64,000 nucleotides of DNA from Selaginella moellendorffii (lineage: Eukaryota > Plantae > Lycopodiophyta). The notes beneath the pieces are model-generated. The model was given only the letters and a program-made list of their open reading frames with translations, had not been told where the DNA came from and ran no database searches. Of the stretch, positions 48,940 through 62,906 are shown piece by piece; position 1 is the stretch's first letter; each line of letters starts with the position of its first letter. A program made the position numbers and the translations under genes. The stretch covers positions 857,403-921,402 of the forward strand of contig NW_003314327.1 of assembly GCF_000143415.4 (NCBI RefSeq). Reading direction: 5' to 3'.

Positions 48940-51900
48940 TCAAGGGACTCTCCAGGCTTCATAACCTTCTAACTTGCTTGCGCCAGATGCAAGAGACGAA
49001 AGCGCTGGCAGCATATCTCCAAACGTTGAGGAGATTGCCGCAGCAGACTTGTCACGGAGCCTCCCTACTTGTCCATCACCAATAATCGACCCAAACTTGA
49101 GAGTCCCTTCTCCAAGTCGGCTTCCCACCTAAGTAAAACATACATAGAGATCACCACGTATACAGACTAGTGTTCTTCCTTCGTACCTGGCCCATGAAAG
49201 ATTTTAGTAGAGGAGCATTGACGAGAGAAGACAACCCCGTGGAATCATCAAACGTGAAGTTTCCACCCTGCTCTTTCTGCTGGTAAGCTTTCCAGGCGTT
49301 CGAAATGTCTCCCTCTTGGTTGCCACCCGCACCACCGTTGATGGTTCTCGCACCAACGTTGCCTCCTGTGAGAGGCATACTGCAAACAAAAGAAGAAACA
49401 TCAACGGCCGACGAGGAGAGAAATGTCCAAGTTTTCTTGATTACCTGATAGGGAGAGTTATAAATCGTGGAACCGAGGCCGACAAGCCGATAGTGTTGCC
49501 ATCGGTTACAGGCTGGTTTCTTAATGCCGCGTCAGTGTAGAGACGGTTTAGCTGCGTGAGAAAGCCGAAGAGAACAGCGCAGCGATGATAACAGCGGCGC
49601 TCATTCTCCCATAGCTGAGGTTCGTAACTGTAGAAAAGTAAAACAAACCATGAGCTATTCATGATTGAGTAGATAAATGAACTTACGTAGCCCAATCAAT
49701 CGGATCCAAGTTGCTGGACAGTTTTGACAAGAGGCTTTTCACCGCTTTCTGGCTTTTAGATTTAACAGCTGCATCTTGGATGCCTACGAGCACGTCAGCC
49801 AAGAAGCGCACGTCAAAGAGAAGCTGAAGCGATCCTCTCTCGGATATCTGGACGCTTCCGGACAAGTAACCTTCGTAAGCTGCAAGGACCTGGGGTCGTC
49901 ATCAAGTGTCACAAATGAAAATCGTGGAAAAGTAAAGCGACTACCTTCTCAAGAAGTGTTGCTGAAAACGAGTGGATCACTGACTTGTCCAAAACGTGAC
50001 CCCCAACTCTGTATATTTCTTGGTTCGCCAAGAACAGCAAGGACACCGCGTAAGGCGAAGCCATGCCCGGCAAAGAGATCTTAATCTCGCCCTCGGCATT
50101 GTCCGTCTCTTGCTTAAGAACTGTTTCTTCCCATCCCTTGGAGCAGAAGTAAAGTCATATCAGCGTGACACCAACAAAACTTAACCAATGTACCTTTGGA
50201 AAACTCGTAGCAAAGAGACCATCGTCCATGCCAAGATCCTTGAGGAAAATCTTTACCAGGACGCCAGTGCTCCAGGACACCCAGAGGTTGTGTGCTATGT
50301 CCCACTGACTGCGAAGAGAACCCTGCAAAGTCTGTAATCTCGAAGAAATCCCATCTGTGGCTCTTCTTCTGCTGCTACGAAATTCCGGAAGATCACTCTC
50401 CTTCGAGAACATTTCGGACGATCTCTTGTGATGTGTTATCCACTGCTCTGGAGACCCGAAGATCACTGGCAGGTAGTGTAGGTGCGTTCCCAGGGCCAGC
50501 GAGAGCCTTCCCAGGAACAGAGCTCGTTCCAAAGTTACGAGGCTATCCAGTCCATTCGCCGTTCCCAGATCTTTAAAGCTGAGCGTGAGTTTCTTCAACT
50601 CCACCTCGAGCTCGCTACAGATGCGCGACATGCACGAAAGAACTTTCTCGTGAAGATATGGTGCGAGCTCCAGGATCCTCGTCGGACTTTGTGGCTCGCC
50701 AAGAAACATGAGAAGATCGAGCAGGATGGCATTCAGCCCGTCGTCCACCTCTTCCTTCAAACGACAAACGTCCGGACCGAAGTACAAGCTGATCTCTCCA
50801 AGCCATTCCCTGCTCGTAGGCCCTTTCGTTTGAGGCTGTCCAATATCGTCTACCAAACTTCGTAGTAAACCTGTATTCGGCTGTTGCAAGCAGGAGGAAG
50901 CGTCGATCGAGCTGAGAAGCCTCTCCACGACAGCCATGATCGTTATCTTCTCGATCCGCGAGTCTACAATGGCTTTTATCCTCCTCAAGAACATGCTCTC
51001 AAAGAGCGTCTCCCACAAGTTGACGGAGCTGTTCAACAGCAGTGCGCTCAAGAATTCCCAGGGCGAGCTAATCGTCTGGCCAAAGGCGCTCTTGAGCCAC
51101 TCCACGCCCTCTCGAAGAGCAGCCTGCTGCTCTATATGGAGCCTGATCGAGCTCTCCATCTCCGCGAGATCTTTCCCGTTGGAGACACCGTCGAGCACCG
51201 GCCGAGCGTCGTCCAAGAGCTCTTGCGCGCACACGCCAAGGAAGGAGAGGCTGCCTTGAGCCACAAACTCCCCGGACAGCGGAACCATGCGCGCCTCCAG
51301 CTTCTCCCTGTGGAGCTTCCAGGCACGAACTTCCTTCTCCGGATTGTAAATCCCTCCAAAGAGCTGGGACGACGGCGGTGCAGTGAGGATGGTGGTGAAG
51401 AGCAGCGGCGACGTTCCATTCGAGACTTCCAGGAAAAGTTGGCCAATGTGGCAGAGCGTCAGCTGGATCATGTCCACCGTTTTGTTGAGTACCAAAACTC
51501 TGTCCTGTAGAGACGAAGAGCTCGTGATCACCACCTTGGTTCTCAAGTAGCTTCTCAGCCACGACTTCCTCGTCTCGACGAACAAGGAGAAAACCTGTGC
51601 CGACGAGAGATCTTCCACGATCGCAATGGCCGCCAGCGCCACAGCGTAGTCGCTAGCTGCAAATCCGGGTTCCTGCAAGCGCTCTCGGCTCCTGGCCGAG
51701 ATCTGTCCCTGGAATGTCTCTATCACTGGCCACTGGTGGTGCCACAGCAGCGAGAAATTCGTGGCGGCGCTGGAATCGCCACCACCTCCGCCGCCGCCGC
51801 TGCTGAGGAGCAATCCATGGACCTGGCGAGCTCGCAAGAATCTTTCGGCGCCTTCCAGATACATGTGTTCGTCGAGGCAGCCCCAGATCTTCTCTGGAGT

Positions 51901-52302
51901 GTCCACCAGATACTTCACGCGACTGCCAACCCCGTAGAGATCCTCGCGGCTGCTGCCACTGCTGGAGATCGAGGCCACTGCCACCGCCGCCAAGGAGGAG
52001 GAGGAGGAAGAGATCTTGATGCTCTCCTTGAGGCGATCCAATCCCTGCGCCATACCTGAGAGATTTTCCATGACGCGGTGGCAGCAGTCCCCCATGACGA
52101 GGATGGAATCGGCGGAATCGATGAGATCCCGGTAGCTGGCCCCGACCAGCTGCCGCAGCTCCTCCTGCTTGTCCTGGATCTCCTTGCGCGTCGCGGATTC
52201 CACCTCCCGGACCTCCGCCACGGATCGCGACTCGAGGAGAGCCTCCGCATTCCTGGCATTGCCGTCGCCCCCGCCTCCTCGCTCGAATCTGCCGCCCCTC
52301 AT
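48940..52302 (-). CDS. COG1: Conserved oligomeric Golgi complex subunit 1 (multi-exon)
   Basis: [44 protein letters not shown]; [18 protein letters not shown]; [10 protein letters not shown]; [16 protein letters not shown]. Confidence 0.93.
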
Positions 52303-52762
52303 CGCGATCTCTGGCCCTATCCCATTCTACCTATTTTGTTGGAACCCTAAAATATCTGGTACGCTTGAAAATCTGGTCAAGCGGAGGGATTGCTTGATTG
52401 ATAGTGAGTGATTTGCAGAGGAATGAGCTCTCGAGCAGAGATTCACATCGATTCGGCTCCAATCACGCCATCACGGAGAAGCTATGATAAAGGGGGAAAA
52501 AGCGCAAGCCTTCGATTGCGATGTCTTCCCCGTGAATGACAATGCAAGGCTCTCGATTCGTCTTGCACAGCTCCATTTCGATCGAAGACAAATTGCGATC
52601 GCGCACCATTCACATCAAACTTCGCTGAAGAGCGGACACGATCTGGCAAGTGTTTAAGGGTTTATCTGAAAATGGGGCATTTCAAAAGCGAAGAACCCTA
52701 AAGTCTATCAATCATTTTGAGAAAGAGGACCGTTTGAGAGAAACGGGGAGAAAGGGCGAACA

Positions 52763-54866
52763 ATGGCGAGCCACAGCGGCGGGGTCGGCAGTGGCGGCGG
52801 CGGCAGTGCTAGCGGCTATGAGAGCCCGATGGTGAGGCAGGAGCTCGCGAAGCTGGACAAGGGCGGCGAGAAGCGGCGCAGCGCCCTGGCGTCGCTGCGC
52901 GCCTGCGTGGAGAAGCTCGACGCCTCGAGCGTGCCCCGGTTCTTGTCCCAGGTCGGCGACGCTCGTGATCTCTCCGTGTCGCGCCCCCACGCCATCTCGC
53001 TCTACACGGACGTGGCGCGCGTCCATGGCCGGCTCATCGCGCCCGAGATCCCCCGCATTATGATCACCATCACGCGCACGCTCTCCTCCAGCGGCAGCTC
53101 CATCCATCTCCACGAATCTTGCGCCCGGGTCGTGGCGGCGCTGCTCAGGTACGCAATCTCGCCGCTCAGCGCCATGGCCGACGCCGACAAGGTCTTCCCC
53201 GACGTTTGCAACCCTCTCATCGACGTTCTCTCGGCCAAGATCGAGCCGCTGGCCGCGGGCGCGGCGATTTGCCTCCAGGCTGCGGTGGAATCCGAGAAGT
53301 GGAAGTACGCGCCCCGGGATTTGGTCGCGGATTTGTGCGCCAGGGCGAGCGCGGTGCTGAGGGATCGTTCCGGGCAGACAGTGGGGCACATCCAGCTCGC
53401 TCGATCGCTGGTGCGTGTCGGTGCCGTGGCGCCGGATTGTGGAGTGGCGCTTCTGCGCGCTTCCACCGAGATTCTCCGCGGCAATCCACCGGCGTGGCAG
53501 CAGAAAGCCTCGGCGCTCCAGCTCGTGAGGGCGCTGCTGCTGGGCCTGGACAAGAAATCCCTGGCCGAGGAGTCGGAGTCGATTGGGAAGATCATCGAGC
53601 ACATCAGGCGAGACCGGATGCCTCACGTACGCAGCGAGGCCGTCAAGGCGCTCCAGGCGCTCAAGGCCCAGCAAGTCTCTTTCTCTTCGGACGACGCAAA
53701 TGGCAACTCGATCCACTTGGCGGAGGCCGGGATGGATTCTTTGAGTCGCTCGAGCTCGAGATCTTCCAGGAGTTTCTTGTGGGAGCAGCACCGGGAGGAG
53801 CTGTGCTCCGCGGCGGCGTCGACGTCGCAGGAGTCGCAACTTGTGAGCCTCTCGCCACCCCCGACGTCACCCGAGTCGTCCTCGCCGGTCTCGAGGAGCC
53901 GGCGACGCCGGCGGTACCCGCTGCTTCCTCCAGCGCAGCGGACGGGCTCCTCAGGGTCTTCGAGCATTGCCACTAGTGAAGACGCCTCGGATTCCTTTGC
54001 GACTTTCGAAGCTCCCGGCTTGGAATCCAAGGAGAACGGGCAGATGGAAGAGGGGTTGCAGCTGGACGATCAGTGTGCTGCTAGCAGCGAGAGCTGCGTG
54101 ATTGACGACTCCGAGGAGGTGGTGGTGGGGAACTTTTTTGGAGAAGTTGACGTTACCGCGACCGCAAGGAGCACGAATGGGCGGTATGCTCTCGTTGATC
54201 AGAGCCCGGCTAGCACGGTTACTACTGCCAATGGAGACGATGTTGCGAAGTTCTCCAACAATGTCGCAGCGACACCCGAGGTAAGCTTTCGTGTTGGTTT
54301 CCACTGTTTCATAACATCTTTTCTCGTTTTGTTTTCTTGTTTTGCAGCGAAGCGCATCGATTCTTACTGCTGAAGACTTCACAAAGTACACAACGCCGAG
54401 GAGGCTCGTGCGGTCGCTACAGGCACTTGAATCCAGTCCAGACAGTGATCCCGACGAGAAGCTGGACGACTCAGTGTTAATCGACGGGGAGGCCGAAGAA
54501 GAAGAAGAATCCAGCGAAGCGGCTTGGAGTGTCCGGGACAATCCCATCGCCGAGCAGGACTTATTCGACGATCGCCACCGCTTCCATCTTCAACAGCCGC
54601 AGAAGCATGGTGAGTGTGATGATCCACTGTTCCGGGACGAAGAAGATCAAACCGAGAACACACCGCTATCACCACCACAATCGTCGACGAAAGCGATCAA
54701 GCCAGTTGTGACGAAGAGCAAGAAGAAGAGGACATGGAAGATCGCTCGAGGATGGATTGAATGGCTACTGGGTGGACTGTTAGTTGTGGTGCTACTACTT
54801 CCTCTGGCTATGGTGGTGTTAATGCTGGGGTTTAGCACCCAGGATGTTGGCTTGGTTCCAACTTAG
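52763..54866 (+). CDS. SINE1/2-like plant KASH nuclear-envelope protein (ARM repeats + C-terminal TM + xVPT tail), intron ~54281-54347
   Basis: RQELAKLDK...RRSAL..L...VEKLD..SVPRFLSQV; AISLYTDVARVHG; C-terminal hydrophobic helix, then QDVGLVPT*. Confidence 0.8.
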
Positions 54867-54991
54867 AGAACTTAAGTTAATTTGACAATAGGCAGTACAA
54901 AGATTCGATCCCTGGACGTAAGGAATTAATATTTCCCCCCGAGCTGTCGCGACGAGCTCGTCCTAGGTTTTCCTTCCGGTTCCCGCCGGCT

Positions 54992-57686
54992 ATGGCCGAG
55001 CGCGAGTGGCTGCGCCAGATGGTGGAACTCATGCTAGGCAAGCTCAAGGGAGGCGCGCGAGTGGATCGTCGTGAGTTTTATCGGATGTGCGTCGTTCTTT
55101 CCAAGTAAGTGAGAAAGTTTTTTTTGGAGCTGCGAAATTGAGAGGTTTTGGAGCTGCAGGGCTATGGATTGCGCAATCGCTGCAAATCAGAGCCCGCATT
55201 GTGTCCACGATGTGATCCAGCTGCTCAAGCAGGTTCGATTTTGTTTCGTTGGCTATGCAATGTGAGCAAATGTTTTCTTTTTTTTTTTTTCTTCCGATAG
55301 GTGTGTACACAGAAAGACGATGCCGACGTTCGTCCTGCGATCGTGTTGGTGATGCTATCTTTCAAGGTGCTCGAATTAAATATCTATTTTTCGGGGAATG
55401 CTAACTTTCCAAGTTACTTTTCAGGGTGCTGTTCAAAAAGGATGGTTTAACAATGTGGATTATGGAGATCTTCTCTGTGTTGTCAACGAAGTAAGTACAT
55501 TCCTTTTAGGTGCCAGGCTCTCACCCGCTTTGGTTTATGCAGCTTCTCGACCTGTATGATAGACTTGGGTCTGCATGCGTGAAAACGCCAACGGATTTCT
55601 CGAGCATTGAGAAATTCACGGGTGACGTCCTTATGCGGTATGACTATCGTATTGCCCAAATAGTTGCGTTTCCTGACGGTATTGGAATGTTCTAGCTTGT
55701 ATCCGTGGCTGAAACTGGGTAACATTTTGCTATACATCGAGGCAGAGGTCAGTGATTCTTGTTATACAGACAGAGACTAAACTTTGGTGAGGTTTTAGGC
55801 TGGCTACAGGACCGTGGTTTCCGAATTTTACATCCATACTCTTGCGCCAGTGGTATGTTTTAAAAGTTTATGGTGTTTGTAACGATCATTTCTAGAAGCT
55901 TTTTACTATCAGAAGGGACGCCGTCGAACAACCGTCGTGCTTGACTCCGCCAGCTCTAGTGAGCTTCATCCTAAACGGATATCCTGTCGATAGAAGAACA
56001 CCACTTCAAATGGTATGTACGATAGTGTTGTACCTGAGTCTCAAGTTCCCGTACAGGATAGTGGACCCCAACCCCCGGCAGAGTGCGCAAGATATTGCAG
56101 GTTAGGAAATAATGTATTGCAAGTTGTGGGAGACTTTGCAGGTTTGTAAATGGGGCTGCTCAAGCTTGCTTACTCCATTGTTATTCCAGCTTCATATGTA
56201 ATTCTGGTGGCTCATACGAAGAATGCAATCTTGGTTCCAACTTTGCTGGACCTTCCGGAAACCTGGCTCTTTGGCTCGCAGGCAGGCAAGTGACTTTTGT
56301 TTCTGATAGACAGGACAGCTGAATTGGCTTGGCAATATTGCAGATGACGATCTGATGGAAGGGGCGTCTAAAGTCTCACTAAGTTGTCCCATCAGGTAGA
56401 TTTTTGTAGGCATTTCGCAAAATTGTACTGAGAACGTTTTCATGGATAGCCGGCAACGAATTGCAACTCCCGTGAAGGGTCTGGCATGCAAACACTTGCA
56501 GGTAAGGAAGTTATGATTTATTGAGCTTTTTCAAGGCAGTTGGCGGCTGTATAGTGCTTCGATTTCAAGAACTACACAGAAATGAACACAAAACGACCGT
56601 CGTGGCGATGTCCATACTGCAACGTGGTTGTGACTTTGCAAGACCTTCGTATCGACATGAAAATGGCAAAGGTAGTTCGCTGTTCGTTTTCTGTCTTTGA
56701 ACTGATTTGGTTGCTTGCAAGATATTGCGTGAGGTCGACGGGAACATCAAAGACGTGATGCTCACCAACAATGGCTCGTGGCAAATGCTGGAGTCACATC
56801 CTATAAGCTCCCGGACGAAGAAAACCGTTCCAGTGATCGTCGACCTTAGCGAGATCGACAATGAGGATGCGCCATCACTTTCTCCTTCTCGTCCGCCGGA
56901 GTCTACTACCACTCCTGTGCTCCGAAGTTCCTCAATATTTTCAAGCTCGCCGGCTCTAACGGAGGACAGGAAGCCGGATATTGCCAGCCTATCAAGAACT
57001 TGGTCCGCAAATAACATGTCATCAATCGGTTTGGCACCTAGTCGATCGCTTCCTGCGAATCTTCTGCCATCAACGCCAAACGGTTCCGAGTTGCGACAAC
57101 AACATCAGCGCAACACACCAACAACTCGACTCAGGCTCCACCGCTCGGTATTGTACTTAGAACTCTTCTGTGCTGGATTGAGTGACAACATGTTGCGGTG
57201 CAGGATACGGAAAGGCTGATGCAACAACTGGCTGCCGTGCAAGCCCAGCACGCTCTTCAAGCTCAAGCTGCGCAGCAATCTCCACAGGCTCAAGTCCAGA
57301 TGCAACAACAGATTCAGCAGCATGCTCAGCTACGGCAAGCTCACCCAGTGCAAGTTCAGTCTTTACTGCAGCAAACTCAGCAAAGTCAGGCCATTCGCGC
57401 TCAAGCTCAAGCTCAACAGCCTCAAGCACAGCAACAGGCTCAGCTATGGCAGACACATCCACAACATCATCAGGCTAGCTTCTCTCGACGACAAGCTCAG
57501 CAGCAGCAAGCTCAGATACTTTATGCTCAACATACTCTTCACTCTCAACGTGCTCCTGCCCAGCAATCTCAGCAAGCTGCGCCACAGCAAGCCGCTCAGC
57601 AACAATCTCCGCAGTTCCAGCTCCAGCCGAGGCAAATTCATCCGTGGCTTGTGATTCCAGGCTCTAGCAATGATCCGCCACAGTAG
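54992..57686 (+). CDS. SP-RING (MIZ) SUMO ligase, PIAL1/2-like, with a Q-rich C-terminus
   Basis: [72 protein letters not shown]. Confidence 0.85.
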
Positions 57687-58119
57687 GCTCTGTTGACATA
57701 GAACACTGTCTTTCCAGAGGATTTTCTTAAAGGTTGAAGGAACGAGTGAAAAATCCCTTTTGGCTTAACGTAAGAATGCATGGAATTGGAATGATGGATC
57801 GAATAGAATAAAAGCTGCTTCTATAAAGCGCTCTGGTGAGTCAACATTCTAGTCAAAATGGTTGACTGGCAAGACCGCGCGGTGGTAACTGGCGAGTGTA
57901 AAAATCTCCAGTGGATGCCGTCATGTCATGGACTGGTAGTGTCGTTAGCGCCACGTTGGCAGGGCTGCCCTAGAAGCATTATTTTTATTACTCGCTCGAT
58001 GGATAGATAGCCTCTCTGTCGCTGTTCTTCCTCGCCTTCTCTTTTGGTTCTTTGCTGCTCCTCTCTCCCTCTCTCCAATCTCAAGATTCTCTGGAATGCC
58101 GCGCGATCGCTCATGAGCG

Positions 58120-60000
58120 ATGGTGGCCGAATTGCTGCTGGCGCGGCAGCGATCGCCGTGGTGGCTGCCGCTGGCGGTGGCGCTGCTGGCGTTGGGATTC
58201 ACATTGGGGCAGGGGCAGCAGGTTGGAGTGAACTGGGGCACGCAGCTCTCGCATCCTCTCCCCGGCGATACCGTCGTGCAGATGCTCCGGAGCAACAATG
58301 TCACGCGCGTCAAGCTCTTTGATGCGGATCCCAACGCATTGCGCGCCCTCACCAAGGATTCCAGCTTCGAGGTCATGGTGGGAATTCCCAATGAGATGCT
58401 CCAGCGCCTGGCGCAGAGCTCCCAGGCCGCGGATCTGTGGGTGTCGCAGAACGTGTCGCGCTACGTGTCGGGGCGACGGCGAGCAAACATCAGGTATCTT
58501 GATCGACCTCTCCTCTTTCTTGGTGTTCTTGTTCTTGATTCTTGGTCCCCGGTCGATATTCTTGGTCTCTAGCATCGATTTCCTCGCGGTAATTTGGGAC
58601 TGTATCGATATTTCTCCCATTCCTTGTGATTCTTGCGAGCATCGATATTCTTGGCGGATTCGTCGATATTCTCTCGACAGATCGATTCCTGACAAGTTCT
58701 TCGGTCTCGATATTTCTGGATGATCTTGCCTGTGGTTCGACATAGCTTGTCTTGGAGAGCATTGGAGCATTGATGAGTCGCCTGGATCGACGCTAGAGTT
58801 TTCCTGTTCTTCCTGTTCTTGTTCTTGGCTGGGTCTAGTTTTTTCTAATTGCTGACGACGATATGGATCGATGACAATGGCAGATACGTGGCAGTGGGCA
58901 ACGAGCCCTTCCTCACCGCCTACAATCGAAGCTTCGAGGGCGTGACGCTCCCGGCGCTTCGAAACATCCAGGGCGCGCTGGCGCGAGCGGGGCTCGACTC
59001 CCAGATCAAGGCCACGGTCCCACTCAACGCCGACGTGCTGGCCAACTCGCGGCCCCCATTCCCCTCGGGCGGGATCTTCCGGCCCGAGAGCCAGGCCCTG
59101 GTGGTGAGCATCGTCCAGTTTCTGAGCCAGACGGGCGCGCCCTTCGTCATCAACATCTACCCCTTCATCAGCCTCCACGGGGACCCAAACTTCCCGATCA
59201 ACTTCGCCTTCTTCGAGGGCGCCGCCAACTCGATCGTGGACGGCTCCAACACCTACACGAACGTCTTCGATGCGAGCTATGACCTCCTCGTCGCCGCGCT
59301 CAACGCCGCGGGCTACACCAACATGGCCATCATCGTTGGCGAGGTCGGGTGGCCGACCGACGGCGACCCCAACGCCAACGTCGAGAACGCGCGGCGGTTC
59401 AACCAGGGGCTGCTCCAGCACGTCCTCTCCAACCGCGGCACGCCGCTGCGCCCCGGATCGCCCATCCACTTCTACCTCTTCGGCCTCATCGACGAGGACC
59501 AGAAGAGCATCGCGCCGGGCAACTTCGAGCGGCACTGGGGGGTGTTCACGTACGATGGGCAGGCAAAGTATTTCCTGGATATGAGCGGGCGGGGGGTCGC
59601 CAACGCGAGGCTGGTGAACGCGCAGGGGGTGCAGTACTTGCCGCGGCGGTGGTGCGTTCTTCGGCCCGGGGTGGCGGTGTCCGCCAACAGCATCTCGTTT
59701 GCGTGCGCGAACGCCGACTGCACGGCCCTCTCGTATGGTGGCTCGTGCAACTTCCTCACCGCGCAGGAGAACGCCTCGTACGCGTACAACAACTACTACC
59801 AGAAGACCAACCAGCTGCCGACGAGCTGCGATTTCCAGGGGCAGGCCGTGGTCACCACCACTGACCCCAGCATTCAACCGTGTAGATTCATTAGGCAGAT
59901 TATTCCGCCCGACGACTCGGCCGCCACCATCGCCACCACCGCGAGAATCTCTTTGCTGCCGCTACTACTGCTACTGCTGCTCGCGATCTTGGCTGTCTAG
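58120..60000 (+). CDS. GH17 beta-1,3-glucanase with X8 domain and a GPI-anchor-like tail; intron ~58494-58883
   Basis: GVNWG, VKLFDAD, YVAVGNEPF, INIYPF, VGEVGWPT, FERHWG, X8 WCV..ACANADCTAL..ASYAYNNYYQ; hydrophobic C-terminus. Confidence 0.95.
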
Positions 60001-60192
60001 AAAGCGATGTCTAGGAGAGAGGTGTTAACTTATCTGTCTCTTTGTCTCTCTCTCTCTCTATCTTTCGTGCCTGGCTGGATCGATACAACGAATTAGGTAC
60101 ACGAGAACGCGAGGACGAGAGAACGATAGAGAAAAAAAGAAGCGTTTGGTTTGGTTTTCTATATGTAACAACTTAAAAAAACTTAGCTCGCT

Positions 60193-62827
60193 TCACGTAC
60201 GATCACGTTGTCTTCGTTTTGTTCTCCTCAGTCGTTGAGGCGTCGTCGTCGTCATCGTCACTACTGCTGCTGCTGCTATTGGCACCGGATTTGCTCGTCT
60301 CTTGCCTGGAGTTATGATGTCTCTGGCGTAAGTCCTCATTATGGTGCTGCTGCTCTGGAATCGAAGTCGCAGGAGCATCTCCATCGATTGCTTCTGCTGC
60401 CTCAGGAGTAGTAGTAGTAGTAGCGGTCACTTCACTCGCGTCCTCTCCACCGAAACCAAACTCGTTGATTCGCTTGCGGTCCACGGGATATATCCAACGT
60501 TGATACAGATAAATCAAGAAAATGATGTCTGCGCAAGTAGCAGCAGATTGTGAGTCCTCTGCCTGACTTTGTGAGTGACACGAGGGGGACGGACCGGGAC
60601 TCGGGAAGAGGTAAAATGGAAAGAAAAGAAGAAAAGTATGTGGTGAGAGAACGTACCGTCACGGAAGACTGACAACCGATGCAGTATAGGCATCTTGATC
60701 ACGAAAGCGAACAAATCATCGATAATTGTGTTGAGGAACTTGTAAGTCATTTGGCGCCAGGGGAGGTGAGCCACGGACTTGAGCTTGTAGTTGATGAAGA
60801 GCTGGGGGCACATCATGATGAAACCTTTTCACACAACACACACACATGATCTTACAGACAAGGAAAAGCGGTGACAGTGGACTCACCAAAAGTGTAGACA
60901 CAGCTCGTAAGCGATGACAGGATCCATGAGTACCAGCTCTTGTGACGGTCATAAATAAGGGAATATATCGCGAAGCCCAACACAACCGGATAGAGGACGT
61001 AAGATAGGTAGCGCATCGCCAGGTCGTCATATTCCTTCGTCTTGTTCTTGGCATACGAGTCTCGGTCTCTAAATCGCAGCAGCGGGAACCGTCCACTCCG
61101 GTCCACCTGGGTTTTGCAGATTCACTGTGATTACTCACGAGCATACAGGAGAAAGAACTCATACCTCGATATGCATCGCTTTACCAATCTTCCAGAATTC
61201 AATGCAGCAGCCAACGCCTGAGCTGAGAATAATCATCCACGATGTCTCGTTGTCCAACAAGTAGAGGAAAACGACAAGCTGACAGAAAAAGTTGACAACA
61301 ACTGATCGAGCTGACAATCCCTCCATCGACTTGTTTTTGTTCCAAAACTGGATATCTACATCGTAGTCATGAGTTAAGAAACAGTGCCACAAAGACAATA
61401 AACTTACCATTCTTGAAAGCGAGGAAGTCGAAAACAGTGTGAAGAAGGGAGACAGTCATCGTGATTGCCAACAAAATGGGATTGCCCTCTAGGAAAACTC
61501 TCTGCACGGTTTCAAAGTCAAACTCTGGAATTTAGTGTAAAGTAGACCATAGTACCTTGAGTTCGTCGGCTTCACCTTCGAGCATGCTCCCATATGAGCG
61601 ATGTATCTGAAAGGACTGGTCAATCTGTAAGTAAAGCTGCCACCGAGTGAGACTGATCGGAGAAAGATCCAGATTCAGTGTCAATTCTGTCGCCGTCTCA
61701 TTGATGCGTATCAGCTTGTCGCGCAGTAGCCAAAACTCGTTGAAGAAAACGGTAGGATAATAGTTTCCTGATGTCTCTTCAAAGTTTAAGTCTGCAAAAA
61801 TGTCAAGGATAACCAAGGATGCGCAATAACAGGCCAAGGAAGGATACACTCTGCTACGGTAGGTGGAAGAGCATTCCTAGAGTACCTGCAATCGACCCAA
61901 ACATCAATTGAAATGAAAGAATCACTAGCTTTACATACTTTGTAAAGTCGTCCACCAGATTCATAGTCACATTCGGTTTCCAGAAAGAGACCCACTCGGT
62001 GATTCCTTCGTCTTCTACGACTTCTGGGAGCACCTAAGATTGAAACATAGCGTTTCATGAGCTCGGAACTCAAAGAGAAACCCAATGCACAAACCTCCGG
62101 CGCTTCATCTTTGGCCTCCAACAGACTTTTCCGTTTGTCTGTCTTTGGTTTTGGAAGATAGCTGATCAAAGCTATGAAATAGAAGGTTAGAAGGAAAAGA
62201 ATGGTATCTAGCATCACTAAACTTACAAACTGTTCTGCTAAACGATGAGAAATGGTCGTAGTCTGGGTCACTGGGGTTCGGTGAGAAGCCGGATCGTGTA
62301 AAGAATACATGCCCATAAACGGTGCCATTGTGCTTCATCACAGCCTAGAAAACAAAAAAAAAAAAAAACTTAGCAGCGGCGATCATGGCTCGGTAAGTAC
62401 CTCGGAGGGAGAATAAGTAAGAACATGGTGGCGAGAGCTATCGGGCGTCCACACAGCATATGGTACGTTGGTTTCGTGCCACACGAGCGCTTGTTCGTTG
62501 CCAAAATCTGCGAACTTACGATCCTCTGATAGATAGAACCACATATCCTTAAAAAACAAAGGATCAGTCGATAGACAGTGAAGTTCGATTGGAATTCAGT
62601 GAAAATCTTACCAGTTTCTCGCCCTTGGAGAAGAGATTGATCGACGACATCGCAGGATCAACTGGTTGCTTCTTGAATCCAAACATCTGAGATGCCAGGT
62701 ACCAGAACAAGGCCATTCGGATCATCCCCATCAGGATCTGGCCAATGCCTTGCTGCTGCGGCTGCTGCTGCTGTGCATTCCGCTGCGCGGGAGCTGGCGC
62801 CGCGACGATGGGCGCTGGATTCGCCAT
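60193..62827 (-). CDS. CLPTM1 family membrane protein (multi-exon)
   Basis: YYPTVFFNEFWLLRDKL; DIQFWNKNKSMEGLS; MMCPQLFINYKLKSVAHLPWRQMTYKFLNTIIDDLFAF; YLYQRWIYPVDRKRINEFG. Confidence 0.93.
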
Positions 62828-62906
62828 TGGAACCGAAGCGACTAAGAGGAAGGACTAGGGCTTTTGGAAGCCCTTTTTTAGGGTAGTGGGATTTTGGCCT
62901 TGAGCA

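Noticed and set aside
58111-59877. 588 aa minus-strand ORF
   Set aside because: Antisense shadow of the high-GC3 GH17 gene; the same applies to 33717-34685 and 52712-53839
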